Source: Octopus bimaculoides
Taxonomy: Eukaryota
Reading direction: 5' to 3'
DNA: 45,466 nucleotides
Assembly (NCBI RefSeq): GCF_001194135.2
Contig: NC_068982.1
Span: forward strand, 101,073,433 to 101,118,898
Positions 24,112-38,300 of this stretch are shown here, one piece after another. The notes beneath the pieces were generated by a model, which was given only the letters and a program-made list of their open reading frames with translations, made no database searches and had not been told where the DNA came from. The stretch's first letter is position 1. Each line of letters begins with the position of its first letter. Position numbers and translations under genes: made by a program.

Positions 24112-26927
24112 CTAGCAAATTGGTTTAATATTACAGAGAAATGTTTGAAAGGAAACAAAAGAGAGAAAAAAAAATGAATTGAATTAAATAAAAAAAAAAA
24201 GATAGAACATCCCAACAATAAATAAATAAAAGAAAACTTTGCTTGGCAGATAGAAATCGAATCTAATTCTTTCTTTAGATTGCTTAATTTATTGCATTTC
24301 TGTTCTTTGCGGAAAAGGAGAAAAAAATACCCTATATTCTTTATTATTATCATTTTTTTCTCGTACAGGGTATTGACTGTATTTGCAATTTATTTCGTTT
24401 ATTTTGTGGTCAAAAAGACTTAGCTTTGTTGGCAAAGTGAAAATAAATAAATAGATAAAATGACTGTTTTATCAGTAAGCGATGTCACAGTTGTAGAATT
24501 TGTAACAAACCAATACAGTTGTGTAAGATCAGTAAACGATATCAAAATTATCGCGATTGTTATAGTAAAATATCTTTCGTAAAAATCCTGGGAAACTAAA
24601 TATCAAGCCCTGTGCCTAAGTAACAAATCAATAGTTTTAGTGGTGCAATGAGAATAAACCCCATCAGATTTTTCGCCTCTTGAGTCCAGGAATTTAAATC
24701 TTGTTACATGCGATTTTCAAAGTCCCTGGAGCAATGTAATAATTCAATGTCTTTAGTGAAGTAGATAGAATCAAAGAGACAGCTCATGTGTTAAGCATTT
24801 GTAATCTGTCGTGTCTGGGTATCTAATCCATTTGGTTATTACCCTTGATACTAAATATAAAATACAAGATCTGGAAGTGACATTTTTTTCATAGATAACC
24901 ATGTTGCTCTTTAACAAATTTCATGTTAATTCTTTCTAAAAATGTTGATACGCTTTATGTTTTTGGATGGGTACCTTACACACGCACATATATTCTCCCC
25001 GCCCTCTCTCCCTCTCTCTCTGCCTTATATATATATATAACAGTGGTATAGGCTTGTGTTTGGAATCCAAATATTTTCGCTGTTTGATTTACCATTATCT
25101 TGCTGGCGAGTGGCAATTTCAATGTGTAGAGCAGGAAATGAGTTCCCAGTATCGTGAGACATTAACCGGTTTCGATTCTTGGTTAAAGCGACTATATTTG
25201 ATTCATTCCACTAATGTTCTAGTAAAAGGAAGAGTCATGAATATCTCAACATCCCATTCCACAACCGTTAAAAATACAAAACCTTCGTGCCTTGTCAAAA
25301 ATAAATCATTCTCCAAGAATTTTCTGATTATTTCGTAAATAGCAAAATTGAAATTTGTGAAATAAAAAAAAAAATTAATTGGATGAGCAAATGAAAATAA
25401 GAAAGTTACTAAATAAATCAGTAAAATATAAAAAAATTTTGATGCTGACGGCGGGCATTACAAAAATAATTAAAAAAATAATTCCAAATGTTTTTGTTGA
25501 AGTGATACAAAAATGTTTAAAAGATGTATCAAGGAAAAGCAAAATTAAACAAAGCTAGAAAACATAAAATAATGAAAATGGATTNNNNNNNNNNNNNNNN
25601 NNNNNNNNNNNNNNNNNNNNNNNNNNNNNNNNNNNNNNNNNNNNNNNNNNNNNNNNNNNNNNNNNNNNNNNNNNNNNNNNNNNNNNNNNNNNNNNNNNNN
25701 NNNNNNNNNNNNNNNNNNNNNNNNNNNNNNNNNNNNNNNNNNNNNNNNNNNNNNNNNNNNNNNNNNNNNNNNNNNNNNNNNNNNNNNNNNNNNNNNNNNN
25801 NNNNNNNNNNNNNNNNNNNNNNNNNNNNNNNNNNNNNNNNNNNNNNNNNNNNNNNNNNNNNNNNNNNNNNNNNNNNNNNNNNNNNNNNNNNNNNNNNNNN
25901 NNNNNNNNNNNNNNNNNNNNNNNNNNNNNNNNNNNNNNNNNNNNNNNNNNNNNNNNNNNNNNNNNNNNNNNNNNNNNNNNTTTTCCTTCATAACTACTAT
26001 CATTCAAATCTACTTGAAGGCTGCAAAATTCCAAAGAAATCTTTTACAGCTTGGAGCCATATAGCTTTTTATATCTTCTCAGGGTTTGTTTGGGATTGGA
26101 CAATGCCAAAATGAGTATTTACGAAGTGAATTTTGGAAAAAAAAAATGGTCGAGGGAGTCAAAAGCTATTTTGTAAATGTTAATTCAGGTACTAACATTT
26201 AATTAGATATTTGTTTTTGTACTCATTCGTAGAAAAAATAAACAGAAAACAGAATTTCGTTAGAGTAAAGACCTCCTATTCAATTTTTCATTATTTGTCA
26301 ATTAAATAGTTAATAGCTTAGTGTAAAAAAAAATCCTTCTTAGATATCATCTTTTGAGCTATTTTCTCAGACTGAAATTAATAAACAACTCTGACGAAAA
26401 CCATTGGAGTTAAATAATATTTGGTTGGTCTTTCGCTTTTATAACAGCTAATAGTTTTACAATTAGAAGAAAACATCACCTCCAATAAATTATCCCAAAT
26501 AGCAGTTAAACACGTCTTTTAAAAAGGAATTTAAAATACAATAGGGGTATTAAACATCCGCTGCATTGTTTCCTTTAGGAAAATTTCGTGTGATTCTTAG
26601 TGGTAAGATAGTCAAAGCCAGTCCTTTCCTTTAATCACGAAGGTTCTAAAGTCTGTTGTTTATGTCGGCTGTTTGTAGCATTAAACAGACGAGTAGCAAA
26701 ATACTCATTGAAGAGAGAAAATGGGAAAGAGAATATCTTGAGATAAAATATTTGATTTCAATTATGAAGCTAAGTAAACTGAGGCAATATGACATTAAAT
26801 GTTCAACACCACAGAAGTGTGGGATCCTAATCATAGTTTGTGAGGTCTCTTTTAGTGTTGACTTTTCGGCTATAATTTCATCCCTAGCTATTTAGCTAAG
26901 AGGCATTTGGTTGAGTGTGTTATGTAG

Positions 26928-26999
26928 AGTGCGTGAGGATTTTTACGCACTGGATAGTGATTCTCAGACAAAGCCTTTTGATGAAGTCATGAATTCTCG
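26928..26999 (+). CDS. Candidate exon (72 nt, phase 2-2; VREDFYALDSDSQTKPFDEVMNSR)
   Basis: Strong donor TCG|GTGAGT, open frame, but acceptor lacks a good pyrimidine tract. Confidence 0.15.
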
Positions 27000-27026
27000 G
27001 TGAGTTTGTCTTTGAAAATTTGTTAC

Positions 27027-27110
27027 GGTGATCCGTTGAAGTCAAGGGCCATTAAATATCTCAAGTAGTCATCTCCGATGGTATATTTGAGCTTTTTGAG
27101 GTATTCGATT
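27027..27110 (-). CDS. Candidate exon (84 nt, phase 2-2; IEYLKKLKYTIGDDYLRYLMALDFNGSP)
   Basis: Acceptor GCATATTTTTAG, weak donor ACC|GTAACA, protein-like open frame. Confidence 0.18.
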
Positions 27111-27180
27111 CTAAAAATATGCTATCCTACTTGCCAAAGTATCTTTATAAAAATCATGTAATTAATGAGTGAGTGACAAA

Positions 27181-27222
<42 letters not shown>

Positions 27223-27691
27223 GTGTTCATTACTTCAATAGCATATGCACTGAGTATATTGACAGAAGGCATGAGACAACTTACACCTCATTTAAAAGTC
27301 ATATTTCTAGTCATTCCTTATTCTTGCTATTGCTGAGTTAAGTCCTAAATTAGAAAGGCCAGGGTGTTATTTGTATGTTACCATGACAGTAATTGTTATG
27401 CCATAACTCAAATCTCTTGAAAGTGTAAGCAATTTGCAAAAGCTACATTAATTCACAGAATAGGAAAACATTAATAATAAATCTATGACAATGAGTTCAA
27501 CTTGACGTCTATTTCACTATAAAGATTAAATTCGAACCATTGAAAGAGAAGCTCTGCAATAATATAAGCAATATAAAATAATCGATATATAGACACATAT
27601 ATGGTACGGTCCATGTAGACAAGTGTGTACATACTCATAAGCTTGTATATCTTTACACATCATTTGTGTCTATTCTGATGTATAGGTATAC

Positions 27692-27730
<39 letters not shown>

Positions 27731-29799
27731 ATGTGGATATACGTGTGTATATGTACGTGCACACAAAGCTTCGCTTACATATATCTCTGCACTTATGCTT
27801 AGCTTATACTTTCGTGTACACACACACACACACATGTATGTATAAGCTTGTCTTGTACACTTGCGCATCCATAAATGTTTGTGTATGTGACAAACAATAG
27901 TTAATTTCTAACACTGATTGTATCGATCTTTTTAAATGTGTTATATGTGAAAAACGAGACAGCCAAGCCAAAAATCTCATCTCAAGCAAAACTCTAATTT
28001 CCTATAAATAAATAATTAAAGGCTAAAAGAAGGAAACATTAGGAAAAAAATAAAATGAAAAAAGAAATGTTTTATGTAGCTTGTTAGCTTGTGAACTTTT
28101 TGTGTGTGACATACGGTTTCAGGAGTTAAGAGATCGTGTAGACACTGAACTGTTTCATTTAAACAGGAACGTGTTATGCAGTTAAATATATGACATTCTC
28201 CTCCTTGGTCACAGTAATGAAACTAAAACGTGTAATGCATCTAAGATATATGATTCTTCTCTTTGGTCATATTCATATTACTTATATTATGATAAAATGA
28301 TTGTTTGAGCTGAAAAGCCTAAGCTAAGAAATTGTGTTATTTTCATGTTTATCCTTATTACGGTGTTATGTAGCTTCTCTGTCAGTATTACAGATTAGTT
28401 CTTTTTTGTGTATTTCTTGCTGTAGGTTTTCAGTTTTGCTGTGAGATTTCATTTGCTTCAATATACGATGTAGTCCATATAGCTTTATACGAATCCATGT
28501 GTAGAAAATGAATACGATGAAAAATACTGTATAAAGATCCGTATAGGATTGAGCTGTATTGATTTATTCCATACAAAGCTGAAATGTATAACATAAAATT
28601 ATAGACTGGTGAACTGTAATTATTTGAGTCGAAATGGTTTAAGCTGCAATAGATGCAATTCCACAGATGTGATCCGTGTGTAGTCAACTAATGAAGAATG
28701 ATATCGTATTAAAAATTCTGAATCTCTGGCGTCATGCCAAATTTTTAGATTTTCTAATAGAATGAATGAATGGATGGATTGGAGCGCCAGACTAGATATT
28801 TTAATGCATCTACTATTTTGCGTTTGTGGATTCAGAAGGACAGCGTACTATGTTGGTACGCCTTTCATTCTTTAACTGATTTCAAATATAAGGCAATGAC
28901 CATGCTGAATCATCACTATCAAGGCTGATAACTACAGCCTTCAGCCTTCAACTTCTGCTTGGAATTTCTTGACAGAAGCAATCCAATGGTGTGTTACCCA
29001 TATCTGTGACTCCTACAACTGTGTCGGTTTATCTGGAATACCAAACAGGAGAACGTTCAAACGTTTTCGCTTGAGTCTGTTGATGTGTAATCCACGTAGA
29101 TCTCATGCTTTTGTCAAAACAAGAAGATACTGAAGATTTTGTGCTTTGAGCCTCAAGCTCTCCTTCTGGGAGCTAATCTAAGAAGGAGAGGACGGATGGT
29201 TTCGTACAATACAGTGAGGCTTAGTTAGATGATTTGCACAGCTTTTCGATGCTAATAGTTGGTAGAAAAAAATTATCGTGAATGTAGAATTCATTTTACT
29301 GTAATTTAGTTCCCTTCTGCCAAATTTTACGGATTAATATATACCAACGCTGACAACTCATTTCTCTGAATTCCAGATCTTACTTTATTTCAGCGCTAAA
29401 GTTTGGTAGCTTCCAAGACGTACAAAGTGTAAGTTACTGTGTTAGATACAGTATGTACAGTAAAAGAAAAATCTCGAAACAAATCAGTTGAATACATTTC
29501 GCTAAGGCATGAAGAAAGAGAAAAATCAGGGGGTTTATTTATTTACCACAATAATCCTCAATGAATTAAGTTAAAGCACTTCTAAAGTAATTTAAGATTT
29601 ATTAAGTATTCGAACGGAGGAGGTCTATATTCTTAGACTTTCAGATTAAAGTAGACAGTTAGTTGAAGTACAAGTTGAACCAGGGTACCCCCTCCCCATG
29701 TTCAGCATTATTGGCGTACACCGTGCGAAAAGTATAGAATAAAATGATTGGGTACCATAGAATAGACAACAGACAAGTGTTATTTGTTATTGATTTATC

Positions 29800-29950
29800 T
29801 TAAAGTGTTCAAATCCTGCTGTGATCAAATTGCCTTTTATCCTTCTAGAACGGTCGATAAAATAAAATAACAGACAAGTACTAGGGTTAATATAATCGAC
29901 ATTTTACTTCCACCCTCTTGCAAAAAAGTTTGTTTTGTGCCTATGTAAAA
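29800..29950 (+). mobile_element. Degraded SINE family C fragment
   Basis: GTTCAAATCC B-box, GGTCGATAAAATAAAA, TAATCGAC and GTGCCTAT match 36851-37066. Confidence 0.6.
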
Positions 29951-30650
29951 TTGTAATTTAATTCAACGTTAAATTTTTAATGAGATCGATTAACTAGCAC
30001 TTTACTAACAAAAAATTCAACTCTAGGTAGTTTCAGATAAGCACGTCCGCATATCATACCCAACTGATCGTCTTGTAGATAGTCTTTGGTTATAAACGTT
30101 GCTGGAAACCTAACGATTGTTGAATGGGGAGAACAAAAGGTTCTCTGCATATTTTATAGACACGAGTTGCGTTTAGTTGGCTGTGATTACTTTAAAAAGC
30201 CCAGTGTTTTTACAAACCTCTTCTACAACCGTATTTTCTCTTCTGTATGCCTTAGGTGTACATATAGCTCAGATAGTCACCTGACTTGCTCGACATATCA
30301 CACGAAAAATATCCTACTATCCTCAAATGCAACATTAGATAAAATTCTTAAGATCAAAGCTGACCTGGAAACAATCAATACAAACAATAACAACTATTTA
30401 CATTACTTTCCCAAAATGCTACAGAAGACTATAGGGTCTTCTTCCAATTATACTTCTGTCATGCTTCAGTTTCAGTTCTTTTGCCCAAATCATAAAATGA
30501 ACAGCATTAAGTTTGTTAATCTTACGTGAATACAATAAGCAATATATTGCTAAGAACATGCAACATGGCCATGATTGATTACTATTAACTATTATTTAAC
30601 AGAAACGTTTGTTTATTTTCTTTTATTTCTTTTATACATGTGTGTGTGTG

Positions 30651-30688
<38 letters not shown>

Positions 30689-30849
30689 AATGAGTTCTTT
30701 ATTTTCAAACTCAATTTCGTTTTGCGTGTATTTTCATTAACTTAACTTTAAAACATGATTCCACTCTATGAAGCACTCACGAACATTCGCTTACTCATAC
30801 CCATACACATTTATATATACACATAATCACACACACACAGAAGCACACA

Positions 30850-31008
30850 CAAATGCGTGTGAGCATCACCGCGCGCATATATTACCTATACTCATTTCCA
30901 TATATATATATATATGCATATGAGTGTGTGGGTGTGTATACATACATACATACATACATACATACGTACATACATATGTATGCATATAGATATGTGTGTA
31001 TGTATATG

Positions 31009-31054
<46 letters not shown>

Positions 31055-31831
31055 AACACAATATACAAAAATAGACACATACACACACCACGCATATACA
31101 GACACTCGTGCTAACACACACATGAACACATACGCGCACACACAAATACATGCACGCACACATGTTAGATCCCTCAGAATCACATACATAAAATGTACAT
31201 ACATAATACATACATACGTACATGCATAAAACACTAACGTTATCTTGCTGTTTTAAGTAAAATAGCTCAATATTGCTACCAGTGGGGTTCCAGAAAAATT
31301 AATCTAACCATGATAACAATACCTTAATATTGACATCTGTGACGTACTCTTTCATTCACGACAGGGTTCCACCCAGCTCCACGTTCTTATTCTTCGTCTT
31401 ACTCTCATTAAAACAATCTTCAGAACGTTGTATATTTTTTTTGTTGTTTTTTTTACTTTCCATCTATTCGCCCCTCCTTTCTAATTATATCTACTTCTTT
31501 TCCGTAATTCTTTTTCTCGACATGACATATATTTTCTCTTTCTCCTCTTGTCTTCTTGCGACGGCGTGACAAATAGAATAGCATAACAACATGGTTGCTA
31601 CATAGATTCTTGCCAAAATCATGACGACGTTTTCCCCTTCGATGTCACAGTCGAAATCCATTTTAAATTGTGTGTGCCCCCGCATACACACATACACATA
31701 CATACATACATACATACATATGTATATACACAAATATATAAATATATACATCTAATATATAATTACATACATATATGCACACGTATATAAACTTATACAT
31801 GGATACGCATGTATGTACATATGCCTATATG

Positions 31832-31893
<62 letters not shown>

Positions 31894-31909
31894 NNNNNNN
31901 NNNTATATG

Positions 31910-31940
<31 letters not shown>

Positions 31941-31992
31941 GACATATGAATATATGCATATGTGTATTTAAGAATGGATAAGTGTGTATATG

Positions 31993-32030
<38 letters not shown>

Positions 32031-32046
32031 AGTGTAGATAGATAAG

Positions 32047-32081
<35 letters not shown>

Positions 32082-32469
32082 GTGTAAAAATAAATACATA
32101 TTCATTCAGACACGTACAGTTTCTTTCAGAATACCCTGCAACGCTTTCCTCTTTCAATCTTTTAATTTCTTCTCTGATTCAAACCATTTATTGTACACTG
32201 TATCTGTTTTTCATTCTCTGCGTTCTTTTGTCTCTCGGTATCATTAAAAGTTATGTGTCGATATATATCTCTCCACGAGTGTAGACACACGCATTCACAC
32301 AAAAGCACAGACATATACAAATGGACACGTATTAAATTACATTTACACACGCTCACATACACAAAACGTGTGTATACACACACACACATATAGAGAGAGA
32401 GCGATAGATGGATACATACATACATATGTGTGTGTGGATGCATACTTATGTATGCATGCAAAAACACTT

Positions 32470-32500
<31 letters not shown>

Positions 32501-32822
32501 ATATATACACACTTATACATTTCTATTATATAGATGTATATACATTTAAATTCTCGCTTTGGCATCATGTGTACATATGTACAATTTTATGCCTGTGCGA
32601 CTCAGCTCAGCTCAGCTCAGAGAAAGAGAGAGAAAGAGAGAGAGAGGGATAGCACATGTGTGAGTGCGTATGTGTGCATGTATGTATGTGTGCATGTGTA
32701 TGAGTGCATGAGCGCACGCACGTGTTTGCGTGTGCAGCTTATCTCTCGACAATACTTGAAGACTTCCGAAATAATTAGGAATAGATACGCAAACACATAT
32801 TAACATACGTGTTTACACATTG

Positions 32823-32869
<47 letters not shown>

Positions 32870-33110
32870 CATACATTTAAATACATATACACACATTCTT
32901 GTAATCCCATGTATCTGTGCAAATCTGCAAAATTACAATGTGTTTTCTTAGTATGTATATACGTATGCATGTATGTGTATATATATATAATAATAATAAT
33001 AATATGCGCACACACACATGTGTGTGTGTGTAAGTATGTATGCATATGCATGCGTAAATATATATGCGTGTATAAATATATGTCTATGCACGTACGTATG
33101 TAATTATTAT
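30850..33110. repeat. Extended low-complexity mosaic of TA/CA/TG/TACA/GATA repeats
   Basis: Direct reading; includes (CTCAG)4 at 32601-32620. Confidence 0.85.
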
Positions 33111-33461
33111 GCCTGCTTCCTATAAACAATATGAAGAGAAAGACTAGCTACAGACTTTTGTCAATGAACTTTTTCCGTTTCTCTTGTTTTCACACATATG
33201 CTTGCACTCAAAAACCTTCAATTTCATTTTTTATTCCCATCGGCAAGGATATTTATACATATTTTAATAGAATCAGTTTTACCAAATAATATTCTATAAT
33301 CTGTTAAGTGATTTTAGTCCATCTCTGTCTATCTATTATTATAATTTGTTGTTTTGGGGTATATATCCTTTTAGTTCTATTGAAATTGCTTTTGTTCTTA
33401 CATATTTTGTATTTTTGTGTCCCCTTTACATATTCATAAACCTGTCTACATACATTATAAC

Positions 33462-33502
<41 letters not shown>

Positions 33503-33679
33503 NNNNNNNNNNNNNNNNNNNNNNNNNNNNNNNNNNNNNNNNNNNNNNNNNNNNNNNNNNNNNNNNNNNNNNNNNNNNNNNNNNNNNNNNNNNNNNNNNN
33601 NNNNNNNNNNNNNNNNNNNNNNNNNNNNNNNNNNNNNNNNNNNNNNNNNNNNNNNNNNNNNNNNNNNNNNNNNNNNNNN

Positions 33680-33740
<61 letters not shown>

Positions 33741-34228
33741 CACACACACAGAACGAGAGAGGAATAGAGAAAGCGAGAGCGAGAGACTTTGGAAGAGAGA
33801 AAAAAAAATCAAAAGAATATTATTCAAGCTGAAGACATATCACAAAATCTTGCTCGGAGTTTCTTGTAATCGATCTTCAAACAGAAACAAAACTCTACCT
33901 TAATATGTACGTAGTTATGTATGTGTGTATATTGATATTGTTGTTGTTGTTGTTTATGTTCAATGTAAAAGGTTCTGTCTTTCTGTCCTTGTATCTCAGT
34001 GTTTACATATTAACATATCTACATATATATTTATTGTGTGCGTGTTTTTATTTATGCACACGCATAATTTCTTTTACAGATGCAGGATTTCAGCACATTC
34101 TGAACGTCTACTCTTTTACTTGTGATAGGAAAAATTCTGGCTTTTCTGTCATGGGGTCTTCTACTTAGTCTTTTACTTGGGGTAGGAGAAATTTTGACGT
34201 TTCTGCATTTCTCGAACAATTTGCACAT

Positions 34229-35130
34229 CTTTAGTGGAGGGAGGTGCAACGACATTCTCGAGCAGAATTTGGGCATCGACGAGGAACACCTGACCCGCCT
34301 GTTCAGGACAACTTTCAGGCCGGGACCTATTGACAATCCCCTGAGATCCCTGGCCTGGCAGTGCTATCGAGAAGCATTACCCGTTCAAATAAACTCTACG
34401 GACACGGTTCGAGACACACCAGACCGACTTGCCCGAGATGCGGTCAGAGCGACGAATCTGTTTTGCACGCACTTGTGCAATGTCCAACCATTTCGGACTT
34501 GTGGGCTTATGCCAAACGGCTGCTATCACGTGTGGGACAAGTTCGCTTGTCCGCCGAGTCTATCGGGAAAATTACTCCGCCACCTTCCCTTAACCGGGAA
34601 GGCAAGACAGTCTTCATCGTACTGGTGGCCATGGTGAAAGAATGTGTGTGGTGGACTCGAGCGAAAGGTTTAGGGACAAACACTTTCCTCTCTGGCCAAC
34701 CGCTCATCAACTTTTTCAAGTTCCACTTGAAAAGGAAGGTGAGAATAGAGAGGCAAGTTTTGTCTCGTGAAAGTTTCAAGAAGAGGTGGGTGAATGTAGC
34801 AAAGATGGTACGTGCGAATGACGAAACCACTTTGAGTATGATTCTGTAAATCGAAGAGAGAGACAGAGAGCACTTTGCTCTCATGTATTTTTTCCCTCCG
34901 TGCCTGAGGTTACCGTGGTCTTTTCCGTAGGACTTTCTTCCCACGGATAAACCTAATCTTTATTTTTACATTTGTAATATCTTCTATGATACACGATCCC
35001 TTTTGATCTTTCTGTTTTACGATCCCTTTTCATAGAAATTTTATTTTTCTCCTTTTTTCTATTTTCAAAAAGAAAAGCTCTACATTGTATTTTGTCCCCT
35101 CTGTGTTCGGCCCTGTGTGGCTAATAAAGA
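34229..35130 (+). mobile_element. 5'-truncated Tx1/L1-clade non-LTR retrotransposon: ORF2 C-terminus plus 3' UTR
   Basis: SLAWQCYREALPV, frameshift near 34385, then CPRCGQSDESVLHALVQC (CCHC zinc finger typical of L1/Tx1 ORF2 ends), stop at 34847-34849, T-rich UTR, AATAAA at about 35123. Confidence 0.88.
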
Positions 35131-35132
35131 AA

Positions 35133-35143
35133 CTTATCTACCA

Positions 35144-35186
<43 letters not shown>

Positions 35187-35203
35187 GATCGATCGATCTA
35201 CCA

Positions 35204-35238
<35 letters not shown>
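35133..35238. repeat. (TCTA)n microsatellite running into an N-gap
   Basis: Direct reading, with TACCAA and GATC interruptions. Confidence 0.95.
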
Positions 35239-35802
35239 NNNNNNNNNNNNNNNNNNNNNNNNNNNNNNNNNNNNNNNNNNNNNNNNNNNNNNNNNNNNNN
35301 NNNNNNNNNNNNNNNNNNNNNNNNNNNNNNNNNNNNNNNNNNNNNNNNNNNNNNNNNNNNNNNNNNNNNNNNNNNNNNNNNNNNNNNNNNNNNNNNNNNN
35401 NNNNNNNNNNNNNNNNNNNNNNNNNNNNNNNNNNNNNNNNNNNNNNNNNNNNNNNNNNNNNNNNNNNNNNNNNNNNNNNNNNNNNNNNNNNNNNNNNNNN
35501 NNNNNNNNNNNNNNNNNNNNNNNNTGTGAATATGTATAGATGCATAAGTACAAATACACACGCACATACACACATACATACACATATAACAGACTCACAT
35601 ATATATCCTTAGTATATATGTTTGTGAACAAAACTTTACACATATACATCTACTATTTCCTTTTCTTTATCGCAGTTGTTTATTGTTTTGTCTTTCATAA
35701 AGTATTCTCTAAATCTTCTGGCGATTTATTAGTTTTTCATCATTTGAGATAAAAACAAAATTGAAATGAAAAATTATTTGAGACCAATGAAAATAAATCA
35801 AA

Positions 35803-35805
<3 letters not shown>

Positions 35806-35874
<69 letters not shown>
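35806..35874. repeat. (TAA)n microsatellite
   Basis: Direct reading. Confidence 0.95.
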
Positions 35875-35879
<5 letters not shown>

Positions 35880-36417
35880 TGATGGTGATGATGCATTTCT
35901 TTAACACAGTCACGTGGTTACTGTTGTTTTGTTTTCCTCCTGGCAAGGAAGGAATTGATAATTTTTTTATGTCTTGGGACATAGGAAAGAAATGAAATAA
36001 CAAATAATACTGTCTATTCAATATATTCTATTTTTACACATACACATGAATGTAGGTGTGTACATATAGAAGTACTCACTTACTCACACCCACACTCACT
36101 CACTCACTCACACACACACACACACACACACACGTACGAAGATCAGTGAAAAAGAGAATGCCTACGCTGAACTATTGAGAAATCTGCAGTTACTCTATTC
36201 AGATTACAAGTTCAGGTTTATACCTGTAATTATTGGGGTCCTGGGATAGGTAATACACTGCCTAAATACCAATCTTCAGAAATTAGGCTTCTCAAGTCAA
36301 GAAAGAACTGTAAAAATCTGTAAAACTTTCCAGAAGTTTATCATTTAAAATGCAACTATGTGCATGAGAATGCACACATAAAACAAAATCTGCACATATA
36401 TATACAAACAAAAATAC

Positions 36418-36497
36418 CCTGTTGATCATGTTGAAATTCCAATGAAGGAGCCTTAGATCTAGTTTAGAAACCGGCTCTTTCTCTATTGGCAAGAAAT
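36418..36497 (-). CDS. Candidate internal exon (80 nt, phase 1-0; xFLPIEKEPVSKLDLRLLHWNFNMINR), unidentified protein
   Basis: Strong acceptor ATTGTTCAATTTTATTTCAAG, donor AGG|GTATTT, only one of three frames open. Confidence 0.3.
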
Positions 36498-36659
36498 CTT
36501 GAAATAAAATTGAACAATAACATGCATACACACAGATACATATATATACATTCATACATACATGCATACATACATAGATTCATACATACATAGATTCATA
36601 CATACATATATACATACATACATACATACATATATACATACATACATATCCAGATTCTG

Positions 36660-36690
<31 letters not shown>

Positions 36691-36763
36691 NNNNNNNNNN
36701 AAATACTTATGAAGGACTGGATTGAAGGCATTTTTACTAGTAGTAACGCTATTGTCGTTGTTG

Positions 36764-36766
<3 letters not shown>

Positions 36767-36839
<73 letters not shown>

Positions 36840-36850
36840 TACTACTACTA
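36767..36850. repeat. Compound (TTA)n(CTA)n microsatellite
   Basis: Direct reading. Confidence 0.95.
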
Positions 36851-37066
36851 CGGTGATGAGCTGACAGAATCGTTAGCGCGCTGGACGAAATTCTTAGCGG
36901 TATTTCACCCATCGCTACGTTCTGTGTTCAAATTTCGCCGAGGTCGACTTTGCTTTTCACCCCTTCAGGGTCGATTCAATAAACACTAGTTAAATACTGG
37001 GTCGATGTAATCGTCTAGTCCCCTCTCCAAATTTCAGGCCTTGTGCCTATAGCAGAAATAATTATT
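36851..37066 (+). mobile_element. tRNA-derived SINE family C, near full length
   Basis: GAGCTGACAGAATCGTTAG A-box-like, GTTCAAATTTC B-box-like, body GTCGACTTTGCTTTTCA...GGGTCGATGTAATCG, ATT-rich tail. Confidence 0.85.
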
Positions 37067-37312
37067 ATAGTAGAAAGGATTTTTATTATTATACGCCGAC
37101 ACCACTTAGTTGCTGGGTACCTTTACAGGCATATTGTTGCAATCATTCGGACTAAGTTTTCCGGTCTGACGATACTTCAACGTTTCGAACTTTAGTTTCT
37201 CATTAGAAAAGGCATAGTGAAAAAGATAACCCCACAAATACATGCTTCACAAACATAAACACAAGCTAGTCAAGACGTCTCTATCTCAATATATTCTTCT
37301 CTGTTCTCTGTC

Positions 37313-37347
<35 letters not shown>

Positions 37348-38059
37348 GCCATCTAATTACCGTATGTATATCTGTAAAACCTGGCATATAAAAGGAAGAT
37401 TTTTTCCCAAATGTTCTTGAAGTCTATATTTTTTATTCATCTATCATTTAACGAGACTTATGATCGAAAGGTATTCTAGTTATGGCCCTCACCTCTAATA
37501 TTTTTCAGATACAGTCTCGAAAAATCTCTTTATCTATTGTGCTCCTTTCTTTAAAGATGGCAAGGTGTAATTTATTGGAAATTTGACTGGTATTTCTAGC
37601 AGAATGAGCCACCACTGCGAGCCCCTCCCTAGTTGGCTCGTCTCACGAGATGTAATTTTCCCAGGTGTCAGCAGGTTGTAGTATTAGTCTTATGCATTGC
37701 TTCGATTTGTAACGTAGCTTAAATTTTCAAACACGCTAACATGAATTTTTTGAGGTAGAAATTCCAATCTGGCTGATGATGAAGGGAATAATTGAGTAAA
37801 CAGTAGAGATAGATAAATAAATAGATCATAATTGGTTGATTATCGGCCGAGGTCAGACATAATAATTCCAAGTGGTGTACTTTCGACATTCACTAGAAAC
37901 ATAAGCAAAATTAAAAAGCGCTTATGGCGTCTGAACTGAACTCAGAGACATTATTATAATCAGGGGAAACACGAGAAATGCTTCACATTATTGATTGCAA
38001 GATAAAGAAGGAAAAGGCCAACACTGAGCAGAAATTAGTCCGTCTACATTATACACACA

Positions 38060-38300
<241 letters not shown>

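Noticed and set aside
34080-34168. Possible plus-strand terminal exon DAGFQHILNVYSFTCDRKNSGFSVMGSST
   Set aside because: Only an acceptor-like site supports it; no recognisable product or linked upstream exon
6845-37066. A-box/B-box tRNA-like sequences as tRNA genes
   Set aside because: No complete cloverleaf; each continues into a multi-copy SINE body
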